IMG/VR virus record: IMGVR_UViG_3300048576_000210
Location: 1 to 40,747 of that record
Length of the DNA: 40,747 bases
Direction: 5' to 3' (one strand)
DNA from: a virus
Lineage: Duplodnaviria; Caudoviricetes
The position numbers were made by a program, and so were the translations under genes. Shown one piece after another: positions 26,148 through 35,260 of the stretch. The notes beneath the pieces are model-generated. The model did not search any database. It was given only the letters and a program-made list of their open reading frames with translations, and was not told the origin of the DNA. Every line of letters begins with the position of its first letter. Position 1 is the first letter of the stretch.

Positions 26148-27122
26148 CTATTGCCGGAATCCCAACAGGTGTCCGTTGATTTTCCTGGCTGCCCCGCCTA
26201 TCCCGCGCAGAGAAACTGAAGATGTAGGAGGAGTGATAACCTCCTGGCTTGAGTGACACGCACCGTCGGACCACCAGTAACCACCAGCGGATTCGCAAGG
26301 TGGCTGTGTTAGGCAAAGGTTAAGGTGTGATGCGTCGCAAACGGGAGTAACAGGACCGGTGTATGTGGATTCAATCACTACATTATCAATCCAGAGGTAC
26401 CAAGGGGGAGTGATGCCATTGGCAAAGTAGCCATCTAACCCGCCATTGCTACTGGCGTGATTGTAACCCCCCAACTCGATTGCATAAAAACCGGGAGTCG
26501 GATCGGCAAATTCCTCCGGATTTGAGTTCATGTTTTGTGTATGCAGCCTAAGTACGCCATCCCACCATACTTTTAATTCACCGTTTGTCATCCCTGGGTC
26601 AGCGCGTTTTAACCACACTTTCCAGTGGTGCCAAGCACCATCGACTGGGTCTATGCTTGAGGTTGTTACAAGATTATTGGCACCGCACCAAGTGCCGCCC
26701 TCATACCGAGCGATGCAGAGACTGTCGCCGTAATAGCCTATATCGTAAAAGGTTCTTCCGTAATAATTAACGCCGAAGGTTGTGTTATTTCTTGAAGCGG
26801 TCAGATCCCCGAAAAACTTCAAAAATTTAGTGCCGCCATAAGGGATTCCCTCAAATTTTGTATCGAAATCCATTGTGAATTGATTAGATTGTGTGGCCGC
26901 TACAACAAACTGGAGAGCCTTACCTCCCGTACCAGCTTCGGAGTATTCGAGACGTGCTGCCTTTGAACCATCTGGACCACCTGCGGCTTGTGTGGTCCAG
27001 AAACTCCCTGCGGTGAACCCCCCGAAAGTTCCATCGTTGAAGTCTAAGTTAGCGACTTGTTCAGATACCGCAAGAGAGGGGAGAAGAGTGAGTAACAGCA
27101 AAGCGACAGGTATAAATCTCAT
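26148..27122 (-). CDS. Secreted ConA/LamG- or polysaccharide-lyase-like protein with Cys-rich C-terminal module
   Basis: Signal peptide MRFIPVALLLLTLLPSLAVS; GAWHHWKVWLK...NGELKVWWDG and LWIDNVVI jelly-roll motifs; CDASHLNLCLTQPPCESAGGYWWSDGAC. Confidence 0.6.
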   Translation of the reverse strand: MRFIPVALLLLTLLPSLAVSEQVANLDFNDGTFGGFTAGSFWTTQAAGGPDGSKAARLEYSEAGTGGKALQFVVAATQSNQFTMDFDTKFEGIPYGGTKFLKFFGDLTASRNNTTFGVNYYGRTFYDIGYYGDSLCIARYEGGTWCGANNLVTTSSIDPVDGAWHHWKVWLKRADPGMTNGELKVWWDGVLRLHTQNMNSNPEEFADPTPGFYAIELGGYNHASSNGGLDGYFANGITPPWYLWIDNVVIESTYTGPVTPVCDASHLNLCLTQPPCESAGGYWWSDGACHSSQEVITPPTSSVSLRGIGGAARKINGHLLGFRQ

Positions 27123-28867
27123 GGTAAACTCCCTGCTGAGAAATTATCGAGTCTACTAGCTGTGCCAGAGGTTATCCCTACAATATTACCTGTATTAACA
27201 ACTACAGGATTCCACGTTACAGTCATTTTACCGGTCCAATCCGTAGCGGAGTCCCATCCGGTTGCCGATAAGGGCTGACTCGATACCGGGTTCTTAAACA
27301 GGTATACTACAGTGGATGTTCCAGTCCCCGTAATCGTGAAACCCCAGGTGTTGTTGAGAGGGGACTCTGTGAGAGCCAGCGTATCTTGTTTTATCGCACC
27401 CACTTTGATAGCGTTTATAACTACACCGGCTTCCGTAATAGCGTGCCACTCCCATCTTGCACCAGCCACGTTCCATGCTACTCTGTACCTGTTCCCCGAT
27501 GCTCCAGGTGATCGAAGTACAATCCCCTCATATGTATTCGAGGGTAATGTCACATATTTTATCGCCGCCCACTGCTCGGCGGAAGCCGTTGACGTTTGTG
27601 TGTATTCAACTATACCGCCAGTGGTTGCTGATAACTCTCCTGATACGATAGCGTATTCGCCTATTCTGGTTGTCCATGAGGCAAGGGTTCCAGAAAAATT
27701 ATCTGAAATAGAGGCTAATGCAGTCGTCGTCACCGTAAACGCCGACGTCGCCGCAACTCCGCCAATCGTCGGCGTGCAGGAGGTGGTGGTCGAAGCAGAT
27801 GATGAGGAGTTGACACATGCGCTGATTGTCTGGCCTGGTGCAATTGACCCGCTGTTAGCTGCCGATCCTCCCGCTATCTTGGCAGAGCAGCCGGTGTCGC
27901 CGGAAACCGACCAAGTCGACGACCTGTCGTACCCGTCCGGGGTGATTGCCGTCGAGCAGTTGAGCGCGCCATCAGCGGTTGCACCTGTGATTGTGGTAAA
28001 GCTGTATGCGTTTGGTGCCAGATCCCATGGAGAATATGTTCCTGCTGATATATCAGACAAACCGTACCCATCAACGACCCACCAATGACCAGTAACGGTA
28101 GAGCGATATAGGCCATTTGCACTGGCTCCGGTTGGGTCTGCCGTCACATTTATGGGGGTGAAGGAAGTTGACGATAATGCCAAAATTTGGGCCTGGAGTG
28201 GAGACGTTGCGCCCGCAGCCGCGTATCCCAACGTGGTCAAGGTCACGCCTGCCGGAAGATCAGTGAGCCCAGCAAATGTTCCAGATCCTCCAGGAGGATC
28301 TCCGCTTGTTCCGTCTTTTTTAAGATAAGTCCCATTCCCGGAAAATACCCCGCCAATTTCCGCCCCAGTTACCGTAGGAACGGTCGTTGGAACCAGAACG
28401 TTGCTGGCGTCGTATATAGGGACTTGCCCCGTGGATCCTGTGGGAATTACGGGTATTGATGGCTTATCGGTTAGATCATTGTAACTCGTCACCCCTCCGC
28501 CCACCCCGTCCGGGATCCGCGCCAGCGGCAGCTTTCCGCCGCTGTCCAACTCTGCATACCCTCCGGCCACACCTTTGGCGGCTGCATTCTCCGGAGTGTA
28601 CAGCAACGCGTTTTGTTTCGAGGCCGCCACGGCCGCCAGCTCGGCGTCCCTGGTCAGCGTATTGGCCACCAAATCATCATCGATCTTTCCGTCGCCGTTG
28701 CGATCCAGCTCCACCGCCCCGGTACCGGCCATTCTCGTCGCCAACGACGGCTTTGCCGGCCCGGTTGACTTGATCCCCCGCCCTGGCCCATGTCCGGATC
28801 CAGCGCAACCCGACAACAGCAGCGATGCCAACATCGCAATGCATATCATGTGATTTCGCATGGTCAC
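27119..28867 (-). CDS. Large lipoprotein with tail-fibre-like motifs and Ser/Thr-rich beta domains
   Basis: Lipobox LSGC; DRNGDGKIDD Ca-binding-like loop; fibre-type motifs KQNALLYTPENAAAKGVAGGYAELDSGGKLP and SYNDLTDKPSIP. Confidence 0.65.
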   Translation of the reverse strand: MTMRNHMICIAMLASLLLSGCAGSGHGPGRGIKSTGPAKPSLATRMAGTGAVELDRNGDGKIDDDLVANTLTRDAELAAVAASKQNALLYTPENAAAKGVAGGYAELDSGGKLPLARIPDGVGGGVTSYNDLTDKPSIPVIPTGSTGQVPIYDASNVLVPTTVPTVTGAEIGGVFSGNGTYLKKDGTSGDPPGGSGTFAGLTDLPAGVTLTTLGYAAAGATSPLQAQILALSSTSFTPINVTADPTGASANGLYRSTVTGHWWVVDGYGLSDISAGTYSPWDLAPNAYSFTTITGATADGALNCSTAITPDGYDRSSTWSVSGDTGCSAKIAGGSAANSGSIAPGQTISACVNSSSSASTTTSCTPTIGGVAATSAFTVTTTALASISDNFSGTLASWTTRIGEYAIVSGELSATTGGIVEYTQTSTASAEQWAAIKYVTLPSNTYEGIVLRSPGASGNRYRVAWNVAGARWEWHAITEAGVVINAIKVGAIKQDTLALTESPLNNTWGFTITGTGTSTVVYLFKNPVSSQPLSATGWDSATDWTGKMTVTWNPVVVNTGNIVGITSGTASRLDNFSAGSLP

Positions 28868-29289
28868 ATCCTCACAAAATAGATATCGTCAGCGCCCTGG
28901 ACTGCGCGCCAATAAGTGGCCACCTGCATATCCAGCAAGTAAATCCCGCCGTCATCGGCCGCAAACACATTGACAGTATGATCCTTGTCCACGCTCTGAA
29001 ATCTTCCCCCGGACGCCACCCCCAGGGCGCGATTGAAGCGCAGGAACGGAGCAATAGTCTGGGATTGGTCCATCTCCCAATCCCGCACTTTTACCAGGAA
29101 ACGGTCAGCTATTTCCTCGCATTCGTTGATGTTTTTCAACCACGGTTGCGCTGGATGCCGATCGACCAATCGATCCATCTCCGCCAGATCAACGGTCAGA
29201 TACGTCGCATCAGTCGGCGCCCAAACCTCTAGGTTCGGGAACACGGCCCGCAACCTGCGCTCAATCTCTTCAAATCCAATTTGTTCCAT
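28864..29289 (-). CDS. Putative papain-like cysteine protease (MOA agglutinin C-terminal domain-like)
   Basis: AGGAG RBS before MEQIG. NECEEIA, HTVNVF and LLDMQ parallel the DCDDFA / HAxN / EPQ motifs, giving a candidate Cys-His-Asp triad. Confidence 0.6.
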   Translation of the reverse strand: MEQIGFEEIERRLRAVFPNLEVWAPTDATYLTVDLAEMDRLVDRHPAQPWLKNINECEEIADRFLVKVRDWEMDQSQTIAPFLRFNRALGVASGGRFQSVDKDHTVNVFAADDGGIYLLDMQVATYWRAVQGADDIYFVRM

Positions 29290-29315
29290 AGCCAGCTCCT
29301 GTGTAGTGATCGTAT

Positions 29316-29465
29316 GGCGCCGATGCCGCCCTGGGACGTAACCTGAAAATGGGGCTGGCTTGGCAAAGCCAGCCCCGGCAAACAGGAGAGACCAGGCGGT
29401 ATCGACACCTGCCGATGTCACATATACGGGCTGTTGGTGTGGGGGTGTAGGGGGTGCAGGACGGT
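29316..29465 (-). promoter_or_regulatory. Putative late promoter / structured leader, copy A (upstream of the exported-protein cassette)
   Basis: Paralogous to 25816..25966; perfect 11-bp hairpin at 29351..29376; TATAT at 29422..29426. Confidence 0.65.
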
Positions 29466-29466
29466 C

Positions 29467-29500
29467 AAAAAAAGAAGGGGGTGCCGATTGGCCTCCCCTT
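29467..29500 (-). terminator. Intrinsic terminator after mor
   Basis: Minus strand AAGGGGAGGCC-AATC-GGCACCCCCTT-C-TTTTTTT. Confidence 0.75.
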
Positions 29501-29564
29501 GGTGGTACGATATGCGGCGATCTTAAAGCATTACGCTATCCTGTCAATCGTTTTCAACGCCGGG

Positions 29565-29936
29565 TCATAGGTCGAACAAATGCAACTGCCGGCTCTTCAG
29601 GAGATCCTGGCTTGGCTTGGCCAGAATCTTTTCGGTATGGCGCTTGCTGATGCCGTATTTCAGAGCCAGGGCCTGGGCTGTGGAGCCGCCGGCGTCATAC
29701 TCGGCCCGGATCCTGTCTTCCCAGTACCGGGCAATGATCTTGCGGACATTGTGAATGTGCGGCTCAGCCCCGGCCAACTTCTGCCCCATAATCAGGGCCA
29801 CCCGCACGCCCATGCCGGGCAGCTCATCCTCAATCGCCCGGGCGATCCACACCAGGTCTCCGGGCAACTCGTCAATGGCCGGCCGGTATTCCTCCGGCAC
29901 GTCAACTACAACCGGTCTATTGGGATAAAGTGACAT
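29565..29936 (-). CDS. mor: Mor/C-family transcriptional activator
   Basis: C-terminal HTH DRIRAEYDAGGSTAQALALKYGISKRHTEKIL; follows gemA as in Mu-like phages. Confidence 0.85.
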   Translation of the reverse strand: MSLYPNRPVVVDVPEEYRPAIDELPGDLVWIARAIEDELPGMGVRVALIMGQKLAGAEPHIHNVRKIIARYWEDRIRAEYDAGGSTAQALALKYGISKRHTEKILAKPSQDLLKSRQLHLFDL

Positions 29937-30345
29937 GCGCTCGACCCGCCCAGTCTTTCAGGGCTTCGATCACCTTGTTTTTGTCCGCTTTGTCGCACCA
30001 TCTCAGGTGGTCTCTGCCCGTCTGCCGCTTGACAAAGGACATCATCGCCCGGTCGCTGCGGTCTTTCACCACTCCGGCATCGGCCAGCGATATCCACAGC
30101 GCCAGGATCTTGCGCGATTGCTTATCGCTCGGAACCGACAACCCCGGCAACTGTTGCTGCCGCGTCGGCTTCCATCCCAGTTTCTGGAAATAATTGATCA
30201 AGGAAAACGCCTGTCCGGACGTCAGCTTCGCCGCCGAATCCTTCTTGAATCGAGACTTAAGAATGTCTCGGTAGACCTCGTCGGTAAGGCATAAGTCTTT
30301 TTTCGCGATGTGAATTTTTGCTAAATCTGCCCGGCTAATCGACAT
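29917..30345 (-). CDS. gemA: GemA (Mu gp16, DUF1018) regulatory protein
   Basis: LAKIHIAKKDLCLTDEVYRDIL, KILALW and VIEALKDW motifs; AAGGAG RBS. Confidence 0.92.
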   Translation of the reverse strand: MSISRADLAKIHIAKKDLCLTDEVYRDILKSRFKKDSAAKLTSGQAFSLINYFQKLGWKPTRQQQLPGLSVPSDKQSRKILALWISLADAGVVKDRSDRAMMSFVKRQTGRDHLRWCDKADKNKVIEALKDWAGRAHVTLSQ

Positions 30346-30346
30346 G

Positions 30347-30667
30347 TTAAGCTCCTTTTTTTTCCAGTGTAGCGAGCCTGTTCTTAGCGTTTTTCTCTTC
30401 ACGTTTCAGCCCGTCCACTTGCTTGCTCAGTCTTAATATTTCATCGTGCAAAGCTTTTCTATTTAATCGGAATCTGTCCTGTTCCTTGGCCAGCTTTGAC
30501 ATGTAGTCAAAGGCATCAACGACTGCGCCGCAAATGTCGCAAGAAATTTGCCGCTGTTTCTCGTCGACACTAAGGCTGGGATGATTGCAATGCTTCTGCC
30601 AGCGACGGCATGATAATGTTGGAAAATAGTGAGAAAACTCATCAAACTCATCTTCCATGGCGATCAT
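30347..30667 (-). CDS. Hypothetical Zn-binding / coiled-coil protein
   Basis: CNH...VDEKQRQISCDICGAVVDAFDY followed by a coiled coil. Confidence 0.7.
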   Translation of the reverse strand: MIAMEDEFDEFSHYFPTLSCRRWQKHCNHPSLSVDEKQRQISCDICGAVVDAFDYMSKLAKEQDRFRLNRKALHDEILRLSKQVDGLKREEKNAKNRLATLEKKGA

Positions 30668-31286
30668 CTCCCGGCGGGGGTGGAAAAACCTTTTTGGCCC
30701 ATCCTGTCAAATCATCCACGCTGGTGATCGCCGCGCCGGTATCCATCCCCGGCAACGATCCATGGCGTTCTAGGTACTGGCGCTCCAGCTGGGAAAGCTC
30801 CTCGACAACCGGCGGCTCCGGCGGAGTTATCCGGTTTGCTCTGGCGCTGCCGTCTGCCTCTGATCGCCGCTGCAGCTGCTCGCGGCCGGCGTCGGCCTGA
30901 TCGGCGAGCTGGTACACAACGGCGCGCAAATAGTTGTGGTTGTCCATGGGCAGGTCCAGGGTGGCGGCCTGCTCGACCATCCGTTCCATTCCTTGTGCCC
31001 AGGTCTGCGGCGGGCAAGGGCGATCAACCCGTCCCTTTTTGAGATGCGCCACGTAGCCGGAGGCCACCAGGGCGACCATCTCTCGCGTCAGTCAAATGAT
31101 TTTCGACTGCTGGCAGGCACATCCTGACGCCGGCCGAAAGAGCGACAGGTACTTGTAAAATGGCTGCTGCACCACCTGGGGCAGCTTGATGTACTCCGCA
31201 AGGATTTCACCATCACCAGACGCCTCGATAAAGCTGGATACCGGAGCTCGATACCCGCAGCGCACACATTTACCGTTGGTTGGCAT
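30648..31286 (-). pseudogene. Mu-like early gene (CxxC N-terminus) interrupted by an in-frame TGA at 31092..31094
   Basis: MPTNGKCVRCG...YLSLFRP...QQSKII*LTREMVALV...LPMDNHNYL is a single reading frame across the stop. Confidence 0.7.
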
Positions 31287-31500
31287 AGGTGCACCTTTTG
31301 CATACGGGGTTAACCCCATGATCTGGGTGTCGCAGCCGATGCAGGCAAGTCTTGCAGCGCTTGTGGAAAATTCGTGTGGCTCCCCTTTCATGCCGGTCAA
31401 CAATCGGCTGCTTTTCGCAATAAGGAAGCGGAAAGGTATCGTGTCCGCTGCGATAACAGGCGCGGTTATCACAATCTAAGCACCAGAGTTTACTGCTCAT
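31270..31500 (-). CDS. Cys-rich hypothetical protein
   Basis: 76 aa with three CxxC pairs; fills the operon gap. Confidence 0.5.
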   Translation of the reverse strand: MSSKLWCLDCDNRACYRSGHDTFPLPYCEKQPIVDRHERGATRIFHKRCKTCLHRLRHPDHGVNPVCKRCTYANQR

Positions 31501-31521
31501 TGATCGTTCCCGTTTTCTTTA

Positions 31522-31857
31522 TCATCTGACGAACGCGACCAACCACCGGTCGCGCTTGCCGTAAATTTGCTCCACAGCGTCGATATGCCATTGAGGATTA
31601 TCGGCAAACACAAAGCTGTCCGGCCCTTCAAGCACCATGTATATTTCGCGGCAATGACGATCATAATCGCCATACCCGCTGGAAAATTTCAGCCACCTGC
31701 CGGGATAGATGTTTTTCGAGTTCCAGCCCCGATGATTCGCCGGCCTGATCTCGCAATCCTGCTCGCCCGACTTTACCTTGAGGTAAAATTCCTTCTTCAG
31801 CGGCACGAAATAGGGCTTCTGCATGTCACTCACGGTTTTTTCCCTTTGGCTGCTCAT
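31522..31857 (-). CDS. ASCH/PUA-like domain protein
   Basis: FVPLKKEFYLKVKSGEQDCEIR resembles the ASCH GxKxxExR motif; also LKFSSGYG. Start uncertain. Confidence 0.65.
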   Translation of the reverse strand: MSSQREKTVSDMQKPYFVPLKKEFYLKVKSGEQDCEIRPANHRGWNSKNIYPGRWLKFSSGYGDYDRHCREIYMVLEGPDSFVFADNPQWHIDAVEQIYGKRDRWLVAFVR

Positions 31858-31950
31858 CAGGCCCGGACCGCCATTCCGGACGATCCCCGCCAGCGTTGTC
31901 AACGTGGCGAACCTGCACCATGCAGGCCCCACCGCTGGCTGGGATTTCGC

Positions 31951-32109
31951 TTATTTTTTCTTCACTGCGTCGGGCCAGGACACCTTATCGTTCCCTACCT
32001 TTTCCTCGCATCTTGGGCATAGGCTGCTTTCCGGTGGGTTAAACTGCTCCGCCGGAATCTCTCGGCCGCAGCCGGCGCACAGCATCGGCGTGTGGGCTGA
32101 GGGCCGCAT
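31951..32109 (-). CDS. Small C4 zinc-finger protein (52 aa; not in the ORF track)
   Basis: Own translation: MRPSAHTPMLCAGCGREIPAEQFNPPESSLCPRCEEKVGNDKVSWPDAVKKK; starts 3 nt after the DUF3164 stop. Confidence 0.6.
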   Translation of the reverse strand: MRPSAHTPMLCAGCGREIPAEQFNPPESSLCPRCEEKVGNDKVSWPDAVKKK

Positions 32110-32112
32110 TGC

Positions 32113-32724
32113 TCACACCGCCGCGAAGTCGAGGACAACCTGCTGATATCTCCCGGTCTGGTCATCACGCTCATAAAACCGGTGATACACGCATGACCCG
32201 GTGATGGTGATGGCCTCGCTGATCGCGTCCATCGCGGTGGCCCAGGTGGGATGGTCTATCTTCAGCTTGCGCAACCCCAATATCCTCTTGGTGTTGATCC
32301 GCCCCTTGCGGTCGACCTGGAAAGCGTCCTCGATCAGCGCCCGGATGTTGGGGTTGGAATCTCGGGTCCACTCCCGCAAACATTGGTCGACCAACTCCTT
32401 TGCCGCCTGCAGCCGCTCGTCAAACTCGATTCGTTCGGCCACGTCCCGCGTGACCCGGTACTTCCCGTCAAAGCTGGTCAACGAGATGTTGCCCTTGCCG
32501 AAACCCAGCTTCACCCCAAATTTCTCGCCGGAAAGGTTGAGGAAAGCATCCAAATCTCCGACCAACCGGTCTTTGGCCGCGATCAATGCCGCCGATTGAT
32601 CCTTGGCCGCCAGCACCGCTTTCGAGACAAAATCATCCCGTAGCAAGTCAATCTCTTTGATCTGTTCGATCGGAACCAAGTGGCCGACCGCATTGCGTTT
32701 GTATCCATCTGGTGTGGTGTTCAT
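32113..32724 (-). CDS. DUF3164 family protein of Mu-like phages
   Basis: GYKRNAVGHLVP..QIKEIDLLRD, KGNISLTSFDG, FDERLQAAKEL and AFQVDRKG motifs. Confidence 0.9.
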   Translation of the reverse strand: MNTTPDGYKRNAVGHLVPIEQIKEIDLLRDDFVSKAVLAAKDQSAALIAAKDRLVGDLDAFLNLSGEKFGVKLGFGKGNISLTSFDGKYRVTRDVAERIEFDERLQAAKELVDQCLREWTRDSNPNIRALIEDAFQVDRKGRINTKRILGLRKLKIDHPTWATAMDAISEAITITGSCVYHRFYERDDQTGRYQQVVLDFAAV

Positions 32725-33110
32725 GCTTCCGCCGTGGCCTTCTGGCCGGTTGAATTTACTTTTTCGACTGCTGCCACCATGTGCAGATACGTCCTGATGT
32801 GGGTCTGGGCCAGGTCGCACGCACAGCCCAGGCCGCGCAGCTGGTCATCATCCGGATTGTGGCCCAGCTCATACAGCAGCTCGTTTACCCGGTCGACCTG
32901 GGCCAATGCGTCGGCCCGATACCCTTGGATCACTTCCGGCATCGCCAGCGCCCGCTGGATAGAGCACGCGTTGTCCCAAATCTGCCGCAGTTGCTCCTCA
33001 ATGGATCCATTGGCAACGATCCGGTGCAAATTGCTCTGCATCATCTTCTCGGTAATATCCTTGATCTCTTCCACGCGGCCGTTTATTGCCTTCATTTCGT
33101 TCGGTTCCAC
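32721..33110 (-). CDS. Hypothetical protein
   Basis: GGGAG RBS before GTG 33110; stop coupled to the DUF3164 start. Confidence 0.6.
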   Translation of the reverse strand: MEPNEMKAINGRVEEIKDITEKMMQSNLHRIVANGSIEEQLRQIWDNACSIQRALAMPEVIQGYRADALAQVDRVNELLYELGHNPDDDQLRGLGCACDLAQTHIRTYLHMVAAVEKVNSTGQKATAEA

Positions 33111-33148
33111 AGCGTTTCTCCCAATTTTGTAGTTGTCGTTTGCCGCGT

Positions 33149-33496
33149 TCAGAAGGTATCCTGCTGACGAGGCATACTGCGTGTCTCTCTTCTCCCTTGG
33201 CCGGGGAATGTTCCCGCATTCTCCGGCCTTCTCCGTTTGGCCAGCCCCGCCTCCATGCTTTCCGCCGTGACTTCCTTGGGCAACATCACGCCCTGGCAGA
33301 TGTCGCATAGGGTAAATCGATAGCGATTTTGGTCCCGATGCCCGCCGCCAGCACGCTGCTGGCACTGCTCACATGCAACAAGGAACTCTTCCATCGTCAC
33401 GGTGATCGGGCTGACCCGAGTTGCCGGGAAATTCTTGATGCCCTGCAATTTTCTGATTGCCTCCTGTCGTTGCGCCTTGGTCATCATGCCCTTCAT
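33149..33496 (-). CDS. Hypothetical protein with two CxxC motifs
   Basis: GGAGG RBS; CEQC and CDIC. Confidence 0.6.
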   Translation of the reverse strand: MKGMMTKAQRQEAIRKLQGIKNFPATRVSPITVTMEEFLVACEQCQQRAGGGHRDQNRYRFTLCDICQGVMLPKEVTAESMEAGLAKRRRPENAGTFPGQGRRETRSMPRQQDTF

Positions 33497-33527
33497 AATG
33501 CCTCCGTTTGTTTGTAAAACTGCGGAA

Positions 33528-34802
33528 TCACATCGCCTCGATCACTTCTGCGGTCACCTTCGCCTCGCCCATCTCAAAAGCAATGTTTAGAGCCCTGGCT
33601 GTCCAGTTATTGACCGTCTGGGGGTAAGCCATGCTTATTTTCCCAACCCCATCACGGGCGGTCATTGTTAGCCTTCGATTCAAAGCTTCAAATGCATCTT
33701 TCTCAAAAACATCTTCGATCTGCTTCAACCCTACTCTTTTAAATTTCACCTCAAGGTATTGCTGAATGTTACCCTCAAGTCCCCTTATTTCTGCAACTTG
33801 CACCCTACGAATAACTTCCCTCATCTCCCAGTTTTGAGCCTCGTTGAACCGGTATTTGAGTTCCGTCTGACCGATCATGATGATACCAAGCAGTTTCTTG
33901 TACCCATCCTCTAACTCATAAAAACGCTTCAGATATTTAAGCGTCGGCGTCTTGAGATCGTGCGCCTCCTCGATTATTAAGCATGCCCCGTGGCCACTTT
34001 TTGCCCTGTTGGCTAGTAACCGCTGTACCTGGCGAGCCTTATCTTCTAGTTTTATCCGGCATTTTTCAGTGCTTATATCCTGGATGATGGCGTCACATAT
34101 TGACGCCGCGGTCAATTTTTCCTTGTCATGCATCATCGGGTAGATGACCTGCGTGTCTCCCGATTTTTTCAAGGCCTCGACCACTTTCCGACGCATCACC
34201 GATTTTCCGGATCCAACTTCTCCGATCACTGCCAAAAAACCGCCGTGATTAGCCGCATCAAGCATTGCTGCTTCAATGTATCGATGCTCGTCGCTCATGA
34301 AAATGTCACTGTCTCTCTGCACATCATTGATAAACGGGCTGCGAAACAATTTGAAATGTTTCAGTGCCGCTGTATTTACCATCTCGTTAATCATCGCAAC
34401 CTCGTCGTTTTCGTTTGCCTGATTGTTTCGTCCCCGCATCTCCGCCAAGCTCTTTGCATGGCCTCTCCCGATGCGCTTCCCAGGGCCAATTGGCTTGACG
34501 TTCCGCAGTTCATGGCCAATCGGCGCCCAAATGTCGCCTACCCGCAATCCCCTTCGGCTGAGCCACTCAACCGCCGCCGCGTGCCGCCCGATGATCAACT
34601 CCATCGACTGCGAGAACTTCGGCATGGTGGTCGGGATGTACCCCCGGTTCAAGCAAAGATTGATGCTCGGACGCGACACCTCAACGCCCATCTCCGCAAT
34701 CATCAGATCGCGCAGCACCTTCTGGCTGATGTCGCAATCGATCACCAGCTGCTTGAGGGTGATGGGCAGGAATTCCATGTTGTGGGCCTTAGCGTGGCTC
34801 AT
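33528..34802 (-). CDS. Transposition ATPase (MuB-analogous, ExeA-like AAA) with N-terminal HTH-like region
   Basis: Walker A GEVGSGKS, Walker B LIIEEAH and IIMIGQTEL; near the transposase. Confidence 0.9.
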   Translation of the reverse strand: MSHAKAHNMEFLPITLKQLVIDCDISQKVLRDLMIAEMGVEVSRPSINLCLNRGYIPTTMPKFSQSMELIIGRHAAAVEWLSRRGLRVGDIWAPIGHELRNVKPIGPGKRIGRGHAKSLAEMRGRNNQANENDEVAMINEMVNTAALKHFKLFRSPFINDVQRDSDIFMSDEHRYIEAAMLDAANHGGFLAVIGEVGSGKSVMRRKVVEALKKSGDTQVIYPMMHDKEKLTAASICDAIIQDISTEKCRIKLEDKARQVQRLLANRAKSGHGACLIIEEAHDLKTPTLKYLKRFYELEDGYKKLLGIIMIGQTELKYRFNEAQNWEMREVIRRVQVAEIRGLEGNIQQYLEVKFKRVGLKQIEDVFEKDAFEALNRRLTMTARDGVGKISMAYPQTVNNWTARALNIAFEMGEAKVTAEVIEAM

Positions 34803-35247
34803 TTACCCCCCTTGAGTCTCCAGCAACAAGATCATCACCGCTGGCTCTATCCTCTTCTCTTCGGGCGTCTACCCAGGCAAAACCCTTTTCCACGGCTTCA
34901 TCGAGGGTTTCCCCGTAGACCCGGCCCACGTAATATTCCGACCATGAAAACGAAGCCCAAGCACCATGAACTTTCATGCGTGGCGTGTTGAATTTTACTA
35001 AAAATCCAAACTTTTCCGCATCTGCCAGAAGCATTTCGACCTCGTAATAATCGCGATCATCCACAGCCTCCAGCAGATGGTCATGAATATCTGGGAAACA
35101 ACCTTTGACGCTGGTCTCATCTTCAAAAAAATCTCCCAGAACCCGGTCTACCGAGTTTTCACTAAGTACTCCGGCGGCGAGCCAAACGATCTTCTCGATC
35201 TGAGCCGGACTAGCCTCATCCTCAAACCGTGCCATAAACCCTTCCAT
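34789..35247 (-). CDS. Acidic hypothetical protein between transposase and ATPase
   Basis: GGGAG RBS before MEGFMARF; 152 aa; overlaps the ATPase start. Confidence 0.65.
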   Translation of the reverse strand: MEGFMARFEDEASPAQIEKIVWLAAGVLSENSVDRVLGDFFEDETSVKGCFPDIHDHLLEAVDDRDYYEVEMLLADAEKFGFLVKFNTPRMKVHGAWASFSWSEYYVGRVYGETLDEAVEKGFAWVDARREEDRASGDDLVAGDSRGVNEPR

Positions 35248-35260
35248 TGTCTTCTCCCGT

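Noticed and set aside
31092-31094. TGA as a selenocysteine codon
   Set aside because: The context is a helix-like segment where Arg fits, not a Cys motif, and only a weak 4-bp stem follows, which is not a convincing SECIS.
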